Assembly: GCA_013239625.1 (NCBI GenBank) | Contig: MU056050.1 | Location: 676,504 to 740,503 of the forward strand | Origin: Lama guanicoe | Taxonomy: Eukaryota | Direction: 5' to 3' | Length of the DNA: 64,000 nt | In this document: piece by piece, positions 36,961-51,846 of the stretch | Position numbering within the stretch: the stretch's first letter is position 1 | Layout of the letters: each line of letters begins with the position of its first letter | The notes under the pieces: generated by a model | Database searches by the model: none | The model's input: only the letters and a program-made list of their open reading frames with translations | Told to the model about the DNA's origin: nothing | Translations under genes and position numbers: made by a program

Positions 36961-38204
36961 TTAAATTCCACAGATACACACGTGCTCTGGCACACTCTCA
37001 TGCAACCATTTGTTTTTTATTGTGATGGAACTGAATCTGTAGATCAGTTTGAAGATAATTGATCTATTCATGATATTGATTATGGGTTTTGGTCTTTAGA
37101 ACTTGAGTACATGAAAAATCTTACTTCCAATTAAGATATAAAAAGACATAAGGCCTTTGTACCTGTTGCTCTGAGTCTCACTTCTGTCAATAAATTTTTC
37201 TTCTTTTTTTTTTTTCCTTTGGTTTTGGCTTTCTGATCTGTCAAGAGGCACTTGTATACTTTTTACCTCATTAATTGGTATTTGGTAGTGTTTTTAATTC
37301 AGGGAAGTTTTCTTCTATATTTTTCTTTCACTGCCTTGATTCTCTTATTCTGGAACTCATTTTAAATACTTGCTTGACATCCTCAATCTATCCTTCAATT
37401 ATCTTAACTCTTTTCTTATAATTTCCATATTTCTGTCTTTTTTCTCTGTGTTCTTGAAGATTTCCTCAACTTCATTTCTTAGATTGATTGAGTGGTTTCA
37501 TCCTATCCATTGATTAAAAATTTTTTTCCCTGGGGTCATAATAATTTTAAGAACAAGAACTTTTTTTTGTTCTTTTTACATGTCAGAGTGTGCTCTTTAT
37601 GGATGCCATATCTTTAAAAATATCTATGAGTATAGTAATTAGAACTTTTAAAGTTGTCTATCTTCTGAATTTCTTCTTTCATCTCAGTTTTGCTTTATTT
37701 TCTTTCTCCTCTATGGTATTCCTTTTTGTTGATGTTGTTCTTTGCTGTTTTTTTCCCCAGATGTCTATCATTAGTTGTCTATTTAGATCTACAAATAAAA
37801 GGATTGTATTGATTAGTACAAACAAATTTTCCCTCTTTGTTAGATAGCTTATTCAATAAACTTCTTTGAAAGGGACGGTTGACTTGATTCTGTGCAAATA
37901 TGTGTGGAGTATTGGTGAGCGGATCTTCCTGTAGCATATAGGATCAAGGATCCGGCAGATAAATTCCTAATGGCCATCCACAGATTCCAAAATAAGGTGA
38001 GATTTACTGGGAGTGTAATTTAAGTGATTCAGTGATTATTATTCCTGAGTAGATACAGTTTTCCTTTATTCCCCTTCCTTTATCAATTGTGTTACTACCA
38101 TCTCTGAACTATTTTGCTGATAGGGATCACTTCAAAAATCGTTGTTAGAACCTATGTTGACTGAGTACTCTTTTAAAAGGTAAGATCTTTGGGCTATGTT
38201 CTAG

Positions 38205-38370
38205 GGCAGTGATTCTCAATATGTGGTCCCTAAACCAATATCATCAGCGTCACCTGAAATCTTAATACAAATACAGAAACTCAGGTCCCAACCCATACAT
38301 GCTAAATAAGACATTTGTGAGAATAAATCCCAGAAACTTGTGTTTTAGCATGTTTTCCAGGTGATTGATA
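38205..38370. mobile_element. MER5-type hAT fragment
   Basis: 'cagtgattctcaatatgtggtccc...atcagcgtcacctg...ccaggtgatt'. Confidence 0.8.
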
Positions 38371-39703
38371 ATGAAAAGCAAAAGCTGCTGTTGCCAGTTA
38401 ATCTTTTCATATCTGAGAGGGGGTGGAATTCCCTTGGTTCAGGTGTTTTGAATGCAGTTTATTAAATGAAATAAACTGATGAATGCTCTTGGGCCCAATC
38501 TCTGCTTTTGGTTTTATTTGCTCCTGTTTAAATTTTCACTTGTGGCTCTTTTTAGAAAAACTACATTTCATTTGCTGTCCTGGAATGAGGTTTCATCTGC
38601 TCTGATAATTGATTGACCAATCCGGTACCATTTGACTTTTACATTCCAGGAATTCCTTAAAGATTATCAATGGTTCCCTTTCTTGGTTTACAGTCTTGAT
38701 AAAGTTTTATTCTTTTAAAAAATTCCTTCAGTTATTTCAATCAGACTGTGGCCAGCAAGGGGAGGGGAGAGATACTACTTGCTTCTGTTAAAATGTCTTA
38801 AGTTAAATCCTTTTAAACTAAGGGTCTATTAGGAAATAAAATTGGCTTTCTGGCTCCTTTTTATTTTACAGAATTGTGTAAAATTCATAGCCTTAAGTAA
38901 CTATTAAACATTAGAACAAATAATGGCAGCATTAAAGTTGAACTTTAGAAATAGTCTAGTCCTGCAGACCAGCTTTACATAGGAAGAATCTGGGAGTTTA
39001 AAAAGGGAGTAGCTTGCCCTTGTTCAGACAGCAAGTTATTTCAGAGCTGAGGCTAAAACTTAAAATGGACTGGTCATTCTCTGTTTCTAGAGGGAATGCA
39101 GAAGAAACAGAAGCGGAAGGACGACTTTCTCACCTGGACAAATTTAACCTAGGGATAACTCCATTTTTGAATTTCATTTCTTGGAATAGAGTATCTTCTA
39201 CATTTACATAGATCCAACTTTTAGAAAATTGGGCTGTTAGAAGTCACAGAGGGAATTAACAGCTGTTATAAGGAAAAGCAAAAGGATTGTAGCCAGACTT
39301 CATAAATCTTGGCGTATTTGAGAAAACGTCCCAATATGTCACATATGCTTAGTCATGTGTGTAAACCTTTGGCTATGGTGCTTTGTCAATATAAATATGT
39401 TTTACATCATCAGTTGGTCTGAGTGCTGGATTACATGTTTACTAATTCTTGATAACCTCAGTACCTTCCCCTCTTCTTCTGCTAGTGCTCTGTGCTTTAT
39501 TTCTCCTAATCTTTTGCTCTTCTTATTTCCTCTGTGCACTAAGCAGCAAAGGGGGTGGGGGAGATGGTCAGGGCTGTCAAGAAATTCTTAATTCTTATCC
39601 CAAAAGAGAGGATTCAGAGGTCTTTAATTCAAGTTCTGTCTCCACCATTTAATACCTGTGTGACTTTTTGCAATTTGTCTCTGAGGCATAATTTTCTTAT
39701 CTG

Positions 39704-40239
39704 TGAAGGAGGGCAGAATAAGTCACCCCAAAATAGACCTTTCTGGCATAAAAACTATTTTGAGCTGGGTATTTTTAAGAAACAGCAGACATAGGAGAGG
39801 CTCTGAAAACCAAATAGAAGTTACCCTTTTATGAGAGACATTTACATTTATAAAGGAAATCTCCATTTTGTAAGGGTGTCTCCCCCTCTGTGCCAGGAAG
39901 AAGAAGATGATTAAATCTTGACAAATTCTGATCAATGGAGAAGGCCAGGACTTAAATATGCGTAACAGTCATACCCTCATTTAGTGTACTTGCCTGATAA
40001 CCTCCCACAACTTCACCTCACCCCCAATCTTACTTGCCTTTAGTTGAAGATGGTATATATGGTGCTGGTCTGGGCCATTTGGAGAGTTACTCAGTTTTCT
40101 TGAGTATCTCCCATATATCCCGGAGGTATATATGTTATTAGACTTCTGTTTGTTTTTCTTCTTGTTAACCTTTTATTATAGTGGGTTTCCAGCCAAGATC
40201 CTAGAACGGTAGAGGGAAAATAATTTTTCCTCCCCTACA
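39704..40239 (+). mobile_element. MER34-like ERV1 solo LTR
   Basis: TG...CA termini; reverse-complement homologue of 4211-4741; TSD TCTG/GCTG. Confidence 0.9.
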
Positions 40240-40240
40240 G

Positions 40241-40678
40241 CTGCTTTGTGTCCTGGGAGGCTGGTCTTAATGGGCTGCATTAATGGGCTCCCTTTCCCTC
40301 TGGCTTTTGATTGGGTTTAGTCAAGGGGAGGTACCAACAGGAAGTTGGTGACTAGGAGAAAAGAGAGATTGAGACATCTATCCCAGACTACCTTCCTGAT
40401 GTGGTTTGGAATCGACTTTGTTCCACTGAAATAACCCAGCTCCTATCTGGTAGCTCTCCCCTGAAGTTGTCTACAGGTTTTGGTTACTCCTCCCTCCACT
40501 GCCCCCTTAGATAAGGGTGGTGGTTAAGGCTCCTTGTCTCTGTTGCTAGCCCTGGAATGCTTCACCTTCACTTGTTGATTTCTTTTATTTATTTTACAAC
40601 ATTATAAATAGTCCATTTATTAAATTGTCCTCTTGAGTGTGCCGTCTTTTTCCTGTGAGGGGAACCCTGATTAATTCA
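40241..40678 (+). mobile_element. ERVL LTR (LTR16/LTR33-like), partial
   Basis: 'gggctccctttccctctggcttttgattgggtt' and the 3' end 'gagtgtgccgtc...ccctgattaattca'. Confidence 0.7.
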
Positions 40679-41316
40679 GTATAAAAAAGTGTGGGAATTT
40701 GGGAATGTGTTTGCATCTTTGGAAAATATTTCCTAGAAGTATGGGTATGTTTCCTCAGGCACATTTGTTATGTGAGTAAGGCTGTGGCATTGGTATTTAA
40801 CTATCCATCGACTCAAATTTAACTCTGGAGTTTTCTCACTTTTCATGGTCTCTGGGCTTCTAAGAATCTTGATATACACCCAAGATTCACTACTCTTAGG
40901 GTATAGGTAGACTAGTGACCAGCCAACTCGGTGGTTTGCTCAGCTTAGGGCTAAGAAAGCCATGGCCAAAGTTTTATCTTTATGAAGGGACAGTTAGGTA
41001 ACTTGTCTTCAAAAACTTCCGATGATATGTGTAACCTTGGTTACAAATGATTATTTTTGAGGGTCAGAGAAAGATGACTGACTCTAAAGAGGCAACTTAA
41101 GTGATATACTAGACAGATTCTACATGAAGTCTTGCCCCAAAATATTTATATCCTCTTTTTGGAGGTGCAAATTGTTGCCTTTCCTTTCTGACTTAGCAGT
41201 CAGGATATGCATTGCTGTATTTAAAACCCAATCACAGTAATGATCTCATCTTTAGTTTCTGGTACAACTGTAATTCCCTTTCCCATTAATGGTGTCTACT
41301 TTCTGTTTGATCTTTT

Positions 41317-41497
41317 CTTTTATTAATATATTTGTATTGAAATATAGTCAATTTACAGTGTTGTGTCAATTTCTGGTGTACAGCATACTTCAGTCATACA
41401 TGTACATATATACATTCACTTTCATATTCTTTTTAACTATAAGTTACTACAAGATATTGAATATAGTTTCCTGTGCTATACAGCATAAGCTTGTTTA
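41317..41497 (-). mobile_element. Short L1 3' end with target-site duplication
   Basis: Flanked on both sides by tttctgtttgatcttt. Related copies at about 43612-43782, 45880-45995 and 58238-58281. Confidence 0.85.
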
Positions 41498-42689
41498 TTT
41501 TCTGTTTGATCTTTATTAAACTATTTTGTGGATATTTATATTTTACTGAAGGTACTTTGAGTTCATTAGGAAATAGAAAGTATAAGTGTTTAGGGGAGCT
41601 TTAATGAGGTATCCCCAAGAATATGGAAAAATAAAGGGAACAAATTACCTTCTGAAATCAACACATAGGTCAGGGTAGATCTTACAGTTGTCTTAAAGAA
41701 GATGTCCAAGACCAGAAGTACTGTTAAATAGTAAAAATATACCTATATAAAGACCATATCATTAAGAAGAGGATGTGATCAATTTAAAAAGCATAGAAAA
41801 AGGAGACTCAAGAAGGCACATGCTAGCTGTGTAAGCCCAAGCATGCTCAGTGCAAGAGAGCCTGAACCAATTCACTTCTAGTATTTTGACCTATTATTGA
41901 AAACATCCCAATGAGTTGGACACATCAAGATACCCTGATGATTTTAAACGTTTAATTAACTTGATTCTCTTTGTTATAATTTCAAGCTCATCAGATACAT
42001 TTCTGAGTGTGATGTGGCTTTCCATGCACCGTAACTACAGGGAGAAAAATACACTATTCATATATACTATGAATAATCTGATGCCTGTGATCATTAATTC
42101 TCGGTGTAAACTAAAAAGAAAACTTTCTATTGTGATTTGGCCATCCATGTGGTGTGACTGTTGGGAAAGAATTCTCTTGTCATGCTGACTTGATTATTCC
42201 AGTCCATGCAAGGGCTGTACTTTGCTTTGTCAATGAATGAATTGGTATTTTGGTGTCTGTCTCTGTCTAGAGAGTATAATTGGTGTGCATGCATTGCTGA
42301 GAGGTGGATGTGCTCTCAGTGAGCTGACAGTATCTGACTTCAGAGGTTGCAAGGCAGAGGACCAAACTCAGGACCATGGTTAATTCACCAAAGTAATGAG
42401 CACCTTCCTGTGGAGCCTCTCAAGAGCCAGCCTGTAGGCATTATTCCAAAATGGCATGCAATATAGGTGAAAATGAGCATGCTTTTATTTTATAAAATGA
42501 TAGGGCTGCTTCTAACAGCCTCTTAGCCAAGGTTTGTCTACCGAGGATATATTTAGGCTTCATCACAAGGCTGTGGTAAAATGTGATCACATTAACGTTG
42601 TTCCAATGAAAAACCTTTCCATGTTTCTATGAATTGTTTGCACAAAAAAGAATACACATAATACATATGACAGTTTTGATCATAATAAT

Positions 42690-43870
42690 AAAACAGACAA
42701 CTCTAAACCATTGCTTCACCACAGAACTAACAAACTACAAATACTGTTGAAATTCCTGTGTGTTCTTCCTGATATGGTAATGTCACTGCTGTGTCTCAGA
42801 GGTAACTACTGTCCTGAATTTAGTATTTTAGTATTTGAATTTCTTTAGAGTTTTACCATGTATGTACTTATTCCTAAACAATTCATTGCTTTTTTGCTAA
42901 ATTTTGAGTTTCATAAAAATTGTTATGCTGTATCTATTTGTCTGGGACGTGATTTTTTACTTTCTATTGTAAGATTATTGTATGTTGTTGCATCTGTCTG
43001 TAGTTGATTCATTTTCACTACTGTATACTATTCCACCATATGACTATATCACAATTTGTCTATCCTTCTGATGAACATTGAGAATGTTGCTATATTTGAA
43101 TGCTATGTATGAATTTGATAGAAGTTTGAGGTGTTCTCTAGGACAATACCTAGGAATAGAATCGCTATATAGTAGGATAGGCAGCTTTTTCACTTTTCCA
43201 GATAATAAAAAAACCTTTAATTCCCAAATCATTAAACATATTTATAATTCAAGTAATGTATGAGAATTTTGGTTGTACCAAAGTCTTGGCTAATACTTGG
43301 TATTACAAAACTCTTATTTTTTCTTTAGTGAATATATTGTATTAACTCTGTGATTTTATTCTTCTTGGTTACTAATAAATTTGAGCACTTTTTCATATGT
43401 TTATTGGCCATTTAGGTTTCATCTTCTGTGAAATGCTTATTTGTATCTTTTGTCCATTTTTCTATTGGATATTGGTTTAAAGTTTATTTTTAGGCATTAT
43501 TAATGTAATCTTGGTTCTAATACTTTGTTGGTTATATATGTTACAGACATATTTCTCCAGGTTGTGGCTTATTGCTTTACTTTATGGTGACTTTGGTCAT
43601 CGTATAGAGTTTCTTTTTTCTTTTTGATATGTTTTTTATTGAAGTAGAGTCATTTTACAATGATTCAATTTCTGGTGTATAGCACAATACTTCAGTCATA
43701 TAGGATCATACATATATTTGTTTTCATATTCTTTTAAACTAAAAGTTACTGTAAGATGTTGAATATAGTTCCCTGTACTATCTGAGTTTCTTGATTTAAT
43801 GTGCTCATGCTTATCAATCTTCCTTTATGATTTAAGCTTTTTGAGTCTTGTTTAAGAAATCCTTCCCTGA
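42690..43870 (-). mobile_element. Ancient L1ME-type fragment with nested short L1 3' end
   Basis: 'gaggtaactactgtcctgaatt', 'tttcatatgtttattggccattt'. Confidence 0.8.
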
Positions 43871-45129
43871 CACATTAACATTTAATGATCAAATTACCAT
43901 AGCTTGAACTCATTTTGGCCTGATATCTTGACCTTAGCAACCTTTCCCCTTTCCACATATCTGGGAGTTCCTGTAAGTATCCAGTGAATGTGTTCACAGA
44001 CATATCTGCCCTCTACTACATCGGACCTGGTATATTTTTCTTCTGCTCGATTTTCCCCTCCAGCCAACAGCCACTTCAGTTGAAGCAGTTTAGGATGCCT
44101 CGCTATGGCTTGTATTGAGGTTATCCTTCAGATGTGTGCCTACGGTGCCATCTTCCAAATGTACCTCTCCTTGGGGTGTCAGAAGGATGCCAGGCTCTTT
44201 GTGGAAGCAGAGAGAATGTCTGTCTGTCTAGCTATATGTGACACTTTGTCCCCTAGACACCAAAGCTACATTGCTACATGCAGAGTCTCATAACATCTCT
44301 TAACAAAAACAAAACAAAACCAAAACTAAACAAAAAACATATTTCACCCTATTTCTTCAGTCACAAGTAACTGTTGAGGTATAATACTCTTTCAGTTCAT
44401 ACATTGTCTAGCAGCCTTTTTCTACTCACGCTTAGGTTGCATAAAGCTTCAGAAATAGAGTACTTGCTCAACCATGAACAATAATTTACACCTCAAAACC
44501 AGAACACTTAGTGTACATTCAGTTCATTTTCTTTTCACAGCTTTTATTCCATTATGAGGTGAAGAAATGATCAGCAGATCTACATACTCTTCTTGGCATG
44601 GTTTTATTCTCCCAATTTCCTGGGGGCAAATGTTTGGTTAAAAAGACCTACTTAGAATTTCTATGAACAAAAGATAATTTTCCGAGATAAATTCATATTT
44701 AAAATATTCTTACATTTGATTAACTCTTCATCGTCCAGCTAAGGAAACACCCAGTTTACTAAGCAGTACAATTGAAATTTCCATCTGTAGTCTCTGCGTG
44801 CAACTTTAATAGTGACCACACAATTTTCCCCAAGAATAAAATGAAGGGATAGTCTGCCCAAAGGCTGAACTGCAGTCTTTAGAGAGAGAACCCCTTGCAG
44901 TCCTTGAAGTGACTGAAACTTCTATCTACCCCTTTTATTCATCAGGGATTTCAGAAAAGATCTTAAGGCATAAGTTTCATGACATACACTTCATTTCCAT
45001 TATTAATACGGGGCATAAAGTATAAAACAATCACCCCAGGGACAGAGTTGACTGTGTGGTATAAATAGTATGGGACAGGAGATGATCTGAATTGGAATAA
45101 TTTGCCCCTAGCCATTTGGGTTAAGTGTT

Positions 45130-45639
45130 TGTGGAAAATTAAAGATGGCTTCAAATTCTTTGGCATTTCTGCTATCAGGTGTTGGTATCTCTCTCCCCAT
45201 ACCTGAATCTGGGCTGGCTAGTCCCTGTTCTGGCTAATGAAATACGAAGGAAAAGATGCTATGTCAGTTCAGGACCTCCTCAGTAAGAGCACTGGCAGCT
45301 CCCACCTTGGTTTAGTAGACTACTGAGATACCATCTAAAAGGTCTCAATGTCCTGCTGAGAGACCATGTGGAGAAACCTCGAGGCTCCATAGAGAAAGGT
45401 GTCCCATTGAGATGGGTCTTCCAGCTATCCTCAACAGGGCACTAGGAACATAAGTGAAGCCACCAGTTGAATACGACCAAGTGATCCCAGTTGATGTCAT
45501 GTGGATCAGAAGAACCACCCAGTCAAGCTCTGCTGAAATTCCTAACCCATAAAATCATGAGATAAAGCTAAATTGTTACTGTTTTAAGTCACTAAGTTTT
45601 GGGGGTAGTCTGTTATGATGCAAATAGATAAATAGAACA
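45130..45639 (+). mobile_element. MaLR LTR (MLT1F/G-like), full length
   Basis: TGTGG...AACA termini, 'aaagatggcttcaaattctttg', 'gttttaagtcactaagttttggggg'. Confidence 0.85.
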
Positions 45640-45999
45640 TGGTTGTTACCAGTTCCTTAGAAAGAGCTAGTGACTTAAATCCTTGTTCTGGTTCTTATTT
45701 TTTTTTCATATAACCCTCTTTTTAAGATCTTTTCCAAGGTGCTGTTCATACATCCCCTTCATTTTTCCATATTCTTGGGAATACCTCATTAAAGCTCCCC
45801 CAAGCACTTATACTTTCTAAATCCTAATGAATTCAAAGTACCTTCAGTAAAATATAAATATCCACAAAATAGTTCAATAAAGATCAAACAGAAAATAGAT
45901 AAACAAGTTCATACTGTATAGCACAGGGAACTATATTCAATATCTTACAGTAACTTATAGTTAAAAAGAATATGAAAATGAATGTATATATGTACTCCC

Positions 46000-48900
46000 A
46001 TTCAGTTAATAGACTACATTTAGGTTTCACAAATTGTCCCAATAATGTCAAAAGGGTTCAGTGCATAATCATGTGCTGCATTTAATGGTAATGTCTCTCT
46101 AGTCTAGAACAGTTGTAGTTTTTCCTTGACTTTCATATTCTTGGTACTTCTCCCCCAACCAGTTTTATTGAGATGTAATTGACACACCTCACTGTGTAAA
46201 TTTAAAGTGTACAGCATAATGTGTCTTATGTAACTTCATGAAATGATTACCACAAGTTTAGTGAACATACATCATGTCATAGAGATACACAATTAAAGAA
46301 ATAGAAGAAAATTTTTTTCCTTGTGATGAGAACTGTGATGATTTACTCTCTTAACAACTTTCATATATAACATTAAGCAGCACTAATTTTATTTATCATG
46401 TTGTAAATTACATCCCTAGTACTTATTTACCTTATAATTGGAAGTTTGTACCTTTTGACTACCTTCATCCAGTTCCTCCTCCCCCACTCCCACCTCCAGT
46501 AACCACAAATCGTGTATCTCTTTTCTGAGTTTTTGAATTGACCTATAACACTGTTAGGTCCTGGTGTATGACATGGTAATTCAATATTTCTATACATTTC
46601 AAACTAATCATCATGATAAGTCTAGTTAGCATCTGTCACCATAAAAAGACATTACATAATTGAGTATATTCCCCACACTGTACATTTTCATACCCATGAC
46701 TCATTTATTTTGTAACTGAAAGTTTGTACCCGTTAATCTCCTTTACCTGTTTCCTTCCTCTCCTCATCTCCTCCCCTCTGGCAAACCCCTCTTTGTTCTC
46801 TGTATCTATGACTCTGTTTCTGTTTAGTTATTTGTTCGTCTGTTTTTAAGATTCCACATATAAGTTGGATCATACAGTATTTATCTTTCTATGTCTTGAC
46901 TTATTTCACTTAGCTTAATACCTTGTAGGTCCATCCTTGTTGTGTCAGATGGCAAAGTTTCATTATTTTTTTATGGCTAATACTCCATTTTATTTTTATA
47001 CACACAGACACACACCCCACATCTTTATCTGTTCGTCTTTTGATTGCCACTTAGGTTGCTTCATTTCTTCACTATTGTAAATAATGCTGCAGTGAACATA
47101 GGGGTGCATATACCTTTTCTAATTAGTGTTTTCATTTTTTGGTCATCTTCAGTTTCTTTTTTCAGTGTTTCATAGTTGTCCGAGTACAGGTCTTTTACCT
47201 CTTTAGTTAAATTTATTCTTAGGTATTTTATTCTTAATATGATTGTGAATGGGATTGTTTTCTTAACTTCTCTTTCCGATGGCTTGCTGTTAGTGTATAG
47301 AAATGTCTATTTCTGTCTATTAATTTTGAATCCTGCAGCTTTGCTGAATTCATCAAAGATTTCTTGTGTTTTAGTGGTGTTTTCAGGATTTTCTACTGTA
47401 GTATCTAGTCATTTTCAAATAGTCACAGTTTTACTTCTTCCTTTCCAATGTGGATTTCTTTTATTTCTTGTTTGATTGCTGTGACAAATCTCATCTTTAT
47501 ACATTGTGTGCCTATTAACGTAGATTTATAGTTTTTCTTTTATACATTTATCTTCTAAATCATATAGGAGACAAAAAGTGGAGTTTTAGATAAAGTATGC
47601 AACACTACTGGCTTTATATTTGCCTATGTAGTTACCTTTGCCAGTGTTTATTTCCTTATATGGCTTTGAGTTACTGTCTAGGGTCCTTTCATTTCAGCTT
47701 GAATGGCTTGCTTTAGCTTTACTTGTATACAAGTAGCAAATTCCCTCAGCTTTTATTTTTTGGGGGAATGTTTAATTTCTTCTTCATTCTGGAAGAATAA
47801 TGCAAGATAAAGAATTCTTGATTGGCAATTTTTTTCATCCTTTCCTTTAAATATGTCATCTCACTGCCTCTTGCTTTTGTAATTTCTGTTGAGAAATTGG
47901 TTGGTAATCGTTTGATGTTCCCTTGTATGTGATGAATGACTTCCCTTGCCGCTTTCAAGATTCACTTTGTCTTTGAACAGTTTGTTTATTATGTACCTTG
48001 GTGTGAATCTTTTGAGTGTATTCTACTTGGAGTATGTTGAGTTTCTTGGATGTGTAAATTAATGTCTTTCATTAAATTTTGTAAGTTTTTAGCCACTATT
48101 TTTCCAAATGTTCTTACTGAGAATGTTCTCATCTGAGACTCCTAATGTGCATGTATTAGGACATTTGATGGTGTCCCACAGGTCTGTTTGGCTCTCTCAA
48201 GTTTTCTTCATTTTTCCTTCTGCTCCTCAGACTGGTTGATTTTAATTACCTTATCTTCAAGTTCACTGATTATTTCTTCTGACTGGATAGAATCTTCTGT
48301 TAAATCCCTCTAGTGAATGTATCAATTCAATTATTGCAATTTTTAGTTCCAGTATGGGTTTCCTTTTTATAATTTGTTTCTTTATTAGTGTGTTCTATTT
48401 GGCGAGACACTGTTCTCCTGGGTTTCTTTAGTTCTTTGCCCATTTTTTTTTTTGGCTCTGTTAGCATGTTTAAGCAGTTGATTTAAAATTTTTCTCTAGT
48501 AAGACCAATGTTTGGGTTTCCTAAATAGTGGCTTCTTCTATTTTTTTTCCTTGTAAATGAGCCATGTATTCTTATGTCTTTTCATGCCTCATAATTTAAT
48601 CTTGTTGAAAAACTGGACATTTTGAAAGTGATAATGTGGTAACAATGAATATCAGATTTCTCTCCTCCTCATGGGATTTATGGTTTTTTTGTCATGAGTT
48701 GTTTTTTGTCTAGTGACTTTTCCCATGTGTTTTGTAAAGATAGCATATTTTGTCATGTATGATCACTGAAGTCTGTTTCATTAACTTAGCGTTTAGCTAG
48801 TGATTGGACAGATACTCCCTTAAACTCCTAGATTGAAAAAAACAACTCTCTGTCTCTGTAGCTGGGTTGTTTGTATGTGTTGGAGCAGGCCTTCCACAGT

Positions 48901-49630
48901 GAGACACTTTACAACTCTGCCGTTGCCTTCACTTCCTGCTTGTGCAAGGCTTGGGTGTCAGCCAGAGGAGAGGACTTAGGGACTTCTTAGTTTTTTTTTT
49001 TTTTCTCCTCCCAGAGCATGCTTCTCATGGTTGGCATATGCAAGGTCTTTCAAGTTTGTAGGAATATGTGGCAACTTTTGTTCCCCAAAGCATCCTACTC
49101 AGCCTTTCCTCTGGCTTTTCATTGTGTCTGTTGTTTCCCTCTACTGATATCCATTATTTCAAGTGGAAGATGTTGGTCAATTTGCCTTTAAATGTTTTTT
49201 GACAAGTGCTGCCTTCTTTGTACTCACTTCTCTGCTCTGAGAGAGTTGCATTTTAGGCAAAATAGAGGCAACCTTTTTGTATCAGTCTTTCAGGGAACTA
49301 CCAGCCAGGTCAAAACCAACAATCACAATTCTTGGAGAACAAGGTCCACTCTGCTCCTTCTTGTACCAGGAACCAGTCTCAGAACGTGGATTGATGTTTT
49401 CAAGACCCATAGTAAGCTTAAAAGGGGTGGATGCAGCAGAAGTAAGCTAAAATGCTACAAAGCTCTGTTACTGAGTTTTAATCTTTTTTTTTCTTTTGAA
49501 GTATTTGCTTTACTATTTCTGGGGTTCTGATAAAATTGATTCTGATAGTTTTTGTCAGTCTTTTTTGTGTTTTTTTGTGGAGGGATGGGCCCATGGGATC
49601 CCTTACTCCATTTTCAGTGATGTCATCCCC
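46000..49630 (-). mobile_element. Composite of L1 fragments including an ORF1/5' region
   Basis: L1 3' end at about 46160-47140. ORF 47746..47958 (KAAREVIHHIQGNIKRLPTNFSTEITKAR) resembles L1 ORF1p. Confidence 0.85.
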
Positions 49631-51846
49631 ACTCTGTGTTTCTATAATCAGTATCTTATTAATTAGAATGCGCAAAAACAGATTGCAAACAGTCCCCAAA
49701 TGGCTGAATTCTATCTGGGAATAGCCCCATTACATGAAGCCATAGATTAATAGTCAAGATAGAGGAAGTGTCAAAAATCAAGTTACTTAACTGCTAGTGG
49801 AAGGTTCTTTCCTCTATACCATGTTATCCTCATGACCAGTTAGAAAGGTTCTGAGTACAGGTCAATTTTGGAGAAGTCATCTGTATTTTAATTTCAGATT
49901 ATTGGCAAATAAATTTCTTTTATGATGCTGTATTTTCCAGAGAGCTGTCCCTGAGTAGCCAAAAGCTGTCTCACCACTTACCCTCATTCTAACAAGAGGT
50001 ACTACCAGGCTGTGAGGCCAGTTTTCATACTGGTCATTAACTCAGTCTATTTGGTTTTATCTGTAGCAAAATTCTTTTTGCTTCCTACCTTTTCCTCTGA
50101 CTGATAAAAAATGCCCAGGCATTTGTTTTGGTCTTGGACACTGTTTCCTGTACTCTCTTGATGCATTATTCCAACTAGAGTTCTCTCTTGTAGAATTTTG
50201 GTTGGTTCATTTTCTTTTCTGTTGATAGAAAATACATTTTGTTTACTTCCTCTTAACCCAAGTAATTATATAGTATGCAAAAGCAGTACCCAGAGACAAT
50301 TAATTAAAATAGTCTAGGGATGTTGACTTGTCCAAGGTCTAGGTAGAAAAGTGAATGGATAGCAGTGATTTTAGGTATTTTACCATTTGCCTTTGTAAGT
50401 ATGCTCATAATTCCCAGACTATATGTCCTGACTTTTAATTCAGAAAAAATCGGTACCTATGGATCACCTTGGTGAATGAGTCAGATGGGACTTTCTGTGT
50501 CAGTTTATTTTTCTCATGAAACTTTGAGAGCTAATAGTGTGCTCTTCCTTGTTAACTAATTTCTTCGATTTATTAGAAATTTTGACTAAGAGCATTTGAC
50601 TTAGCCTTAATGGAAAAAAGATAAATTGGATCTAGCCACTGAGTGTGTGTGTGTGAGAGAGATATTTCATTTTCTTAGTGCCTTAAGTGAGGAACGGATT
50701 TGAGTGTTTTTCATGAAAAAATAATGGCAAAAAAAAAAAATTAAGGCAGCTCAGGTAGCCATTAATAGGAACTTGAAGTATGTTTGAATGTAGACATTCT
50801 GCTAATGTTTGCTAAGAAGGCCAAGGAAGACCTTGCAGCATAATGTTCTATTTTGTTGTTAATATAGCTGGTGACACTTCTTTCTTGTAAATCATTCGAA
50901 TGCCTTGTAACTCTGGATGGAGCGTCCTGGCCTGCTGTTGCTCCTGCTGTCTATGAGAGACAAGTGGCTATCAGCAGTAGTGCTATTTTCTGTGTTGTCA
51001 GCCAAAGGGCTGCAGTCTTTATAGAGCGATCTTCTACACTGTGGCACTTTGCCTGAGGCTAGTTCAGGGCAAATTAAATAATTATAGTATTTATAATAAA
51101 ATAGCTATTATGAAGCTATAGCAGGTGACAGTTACATTTTATACATTATTTCTAAATATTGCAACATTGGTATTTTTATCTCTATACATGAGGAAACTGA
51201 GGAACAGAGATGGGAGATGACATGCCTCAGGTTACACAGCAAATGGGTCAACCCCAAGTCTCTGAATCCATAGCACTCTTTCTTTCCACTGTACCTCAGT
51301 GCTTTTCAAGGATTCTTTTTTGCTGTTTGTACCATATATGCTTCCTTTTCTGGTCCTTGTCTTCAAGTAACTATCATTTGAAATCTGCTATATTGCCAGG
51401 CACTGTGCTTGCTATATATTATCATTAAGACTCACAGTAGCTTTGTAAAATAAATATCAGTATCCTCATTTTATAGACAAGATGATTTTTTATTATGTCA
51501 TGCCACCTCTCCTTGCTTTATTTAAGAGTCACCTCTTGCCTGTGGGCTAGGTACCTTTGAGTCATGCTCTGACCCTTCCTTCCCTGTTCTCATTATCTTC
51601 CCAGACCTATGTTCAGGTGATTCCATCATCTTGTTCCTACATGCTTCAAGGGTGCTAATGATTTCCTATGTTACCTTTCTGAATTGTTAGCACTACCTTA
51701 GGAACCCACAGGCTCACTGCTTATTATAAAAATGTGGACTTACCCAAGCTTGGTGTTCCTCAGCTATGATGGAAATTCACCACATGTATAATATTTACAT
51801 GGATCCATATCACATCACTTCAATGGAACTCATGGATGAAGGGAAC

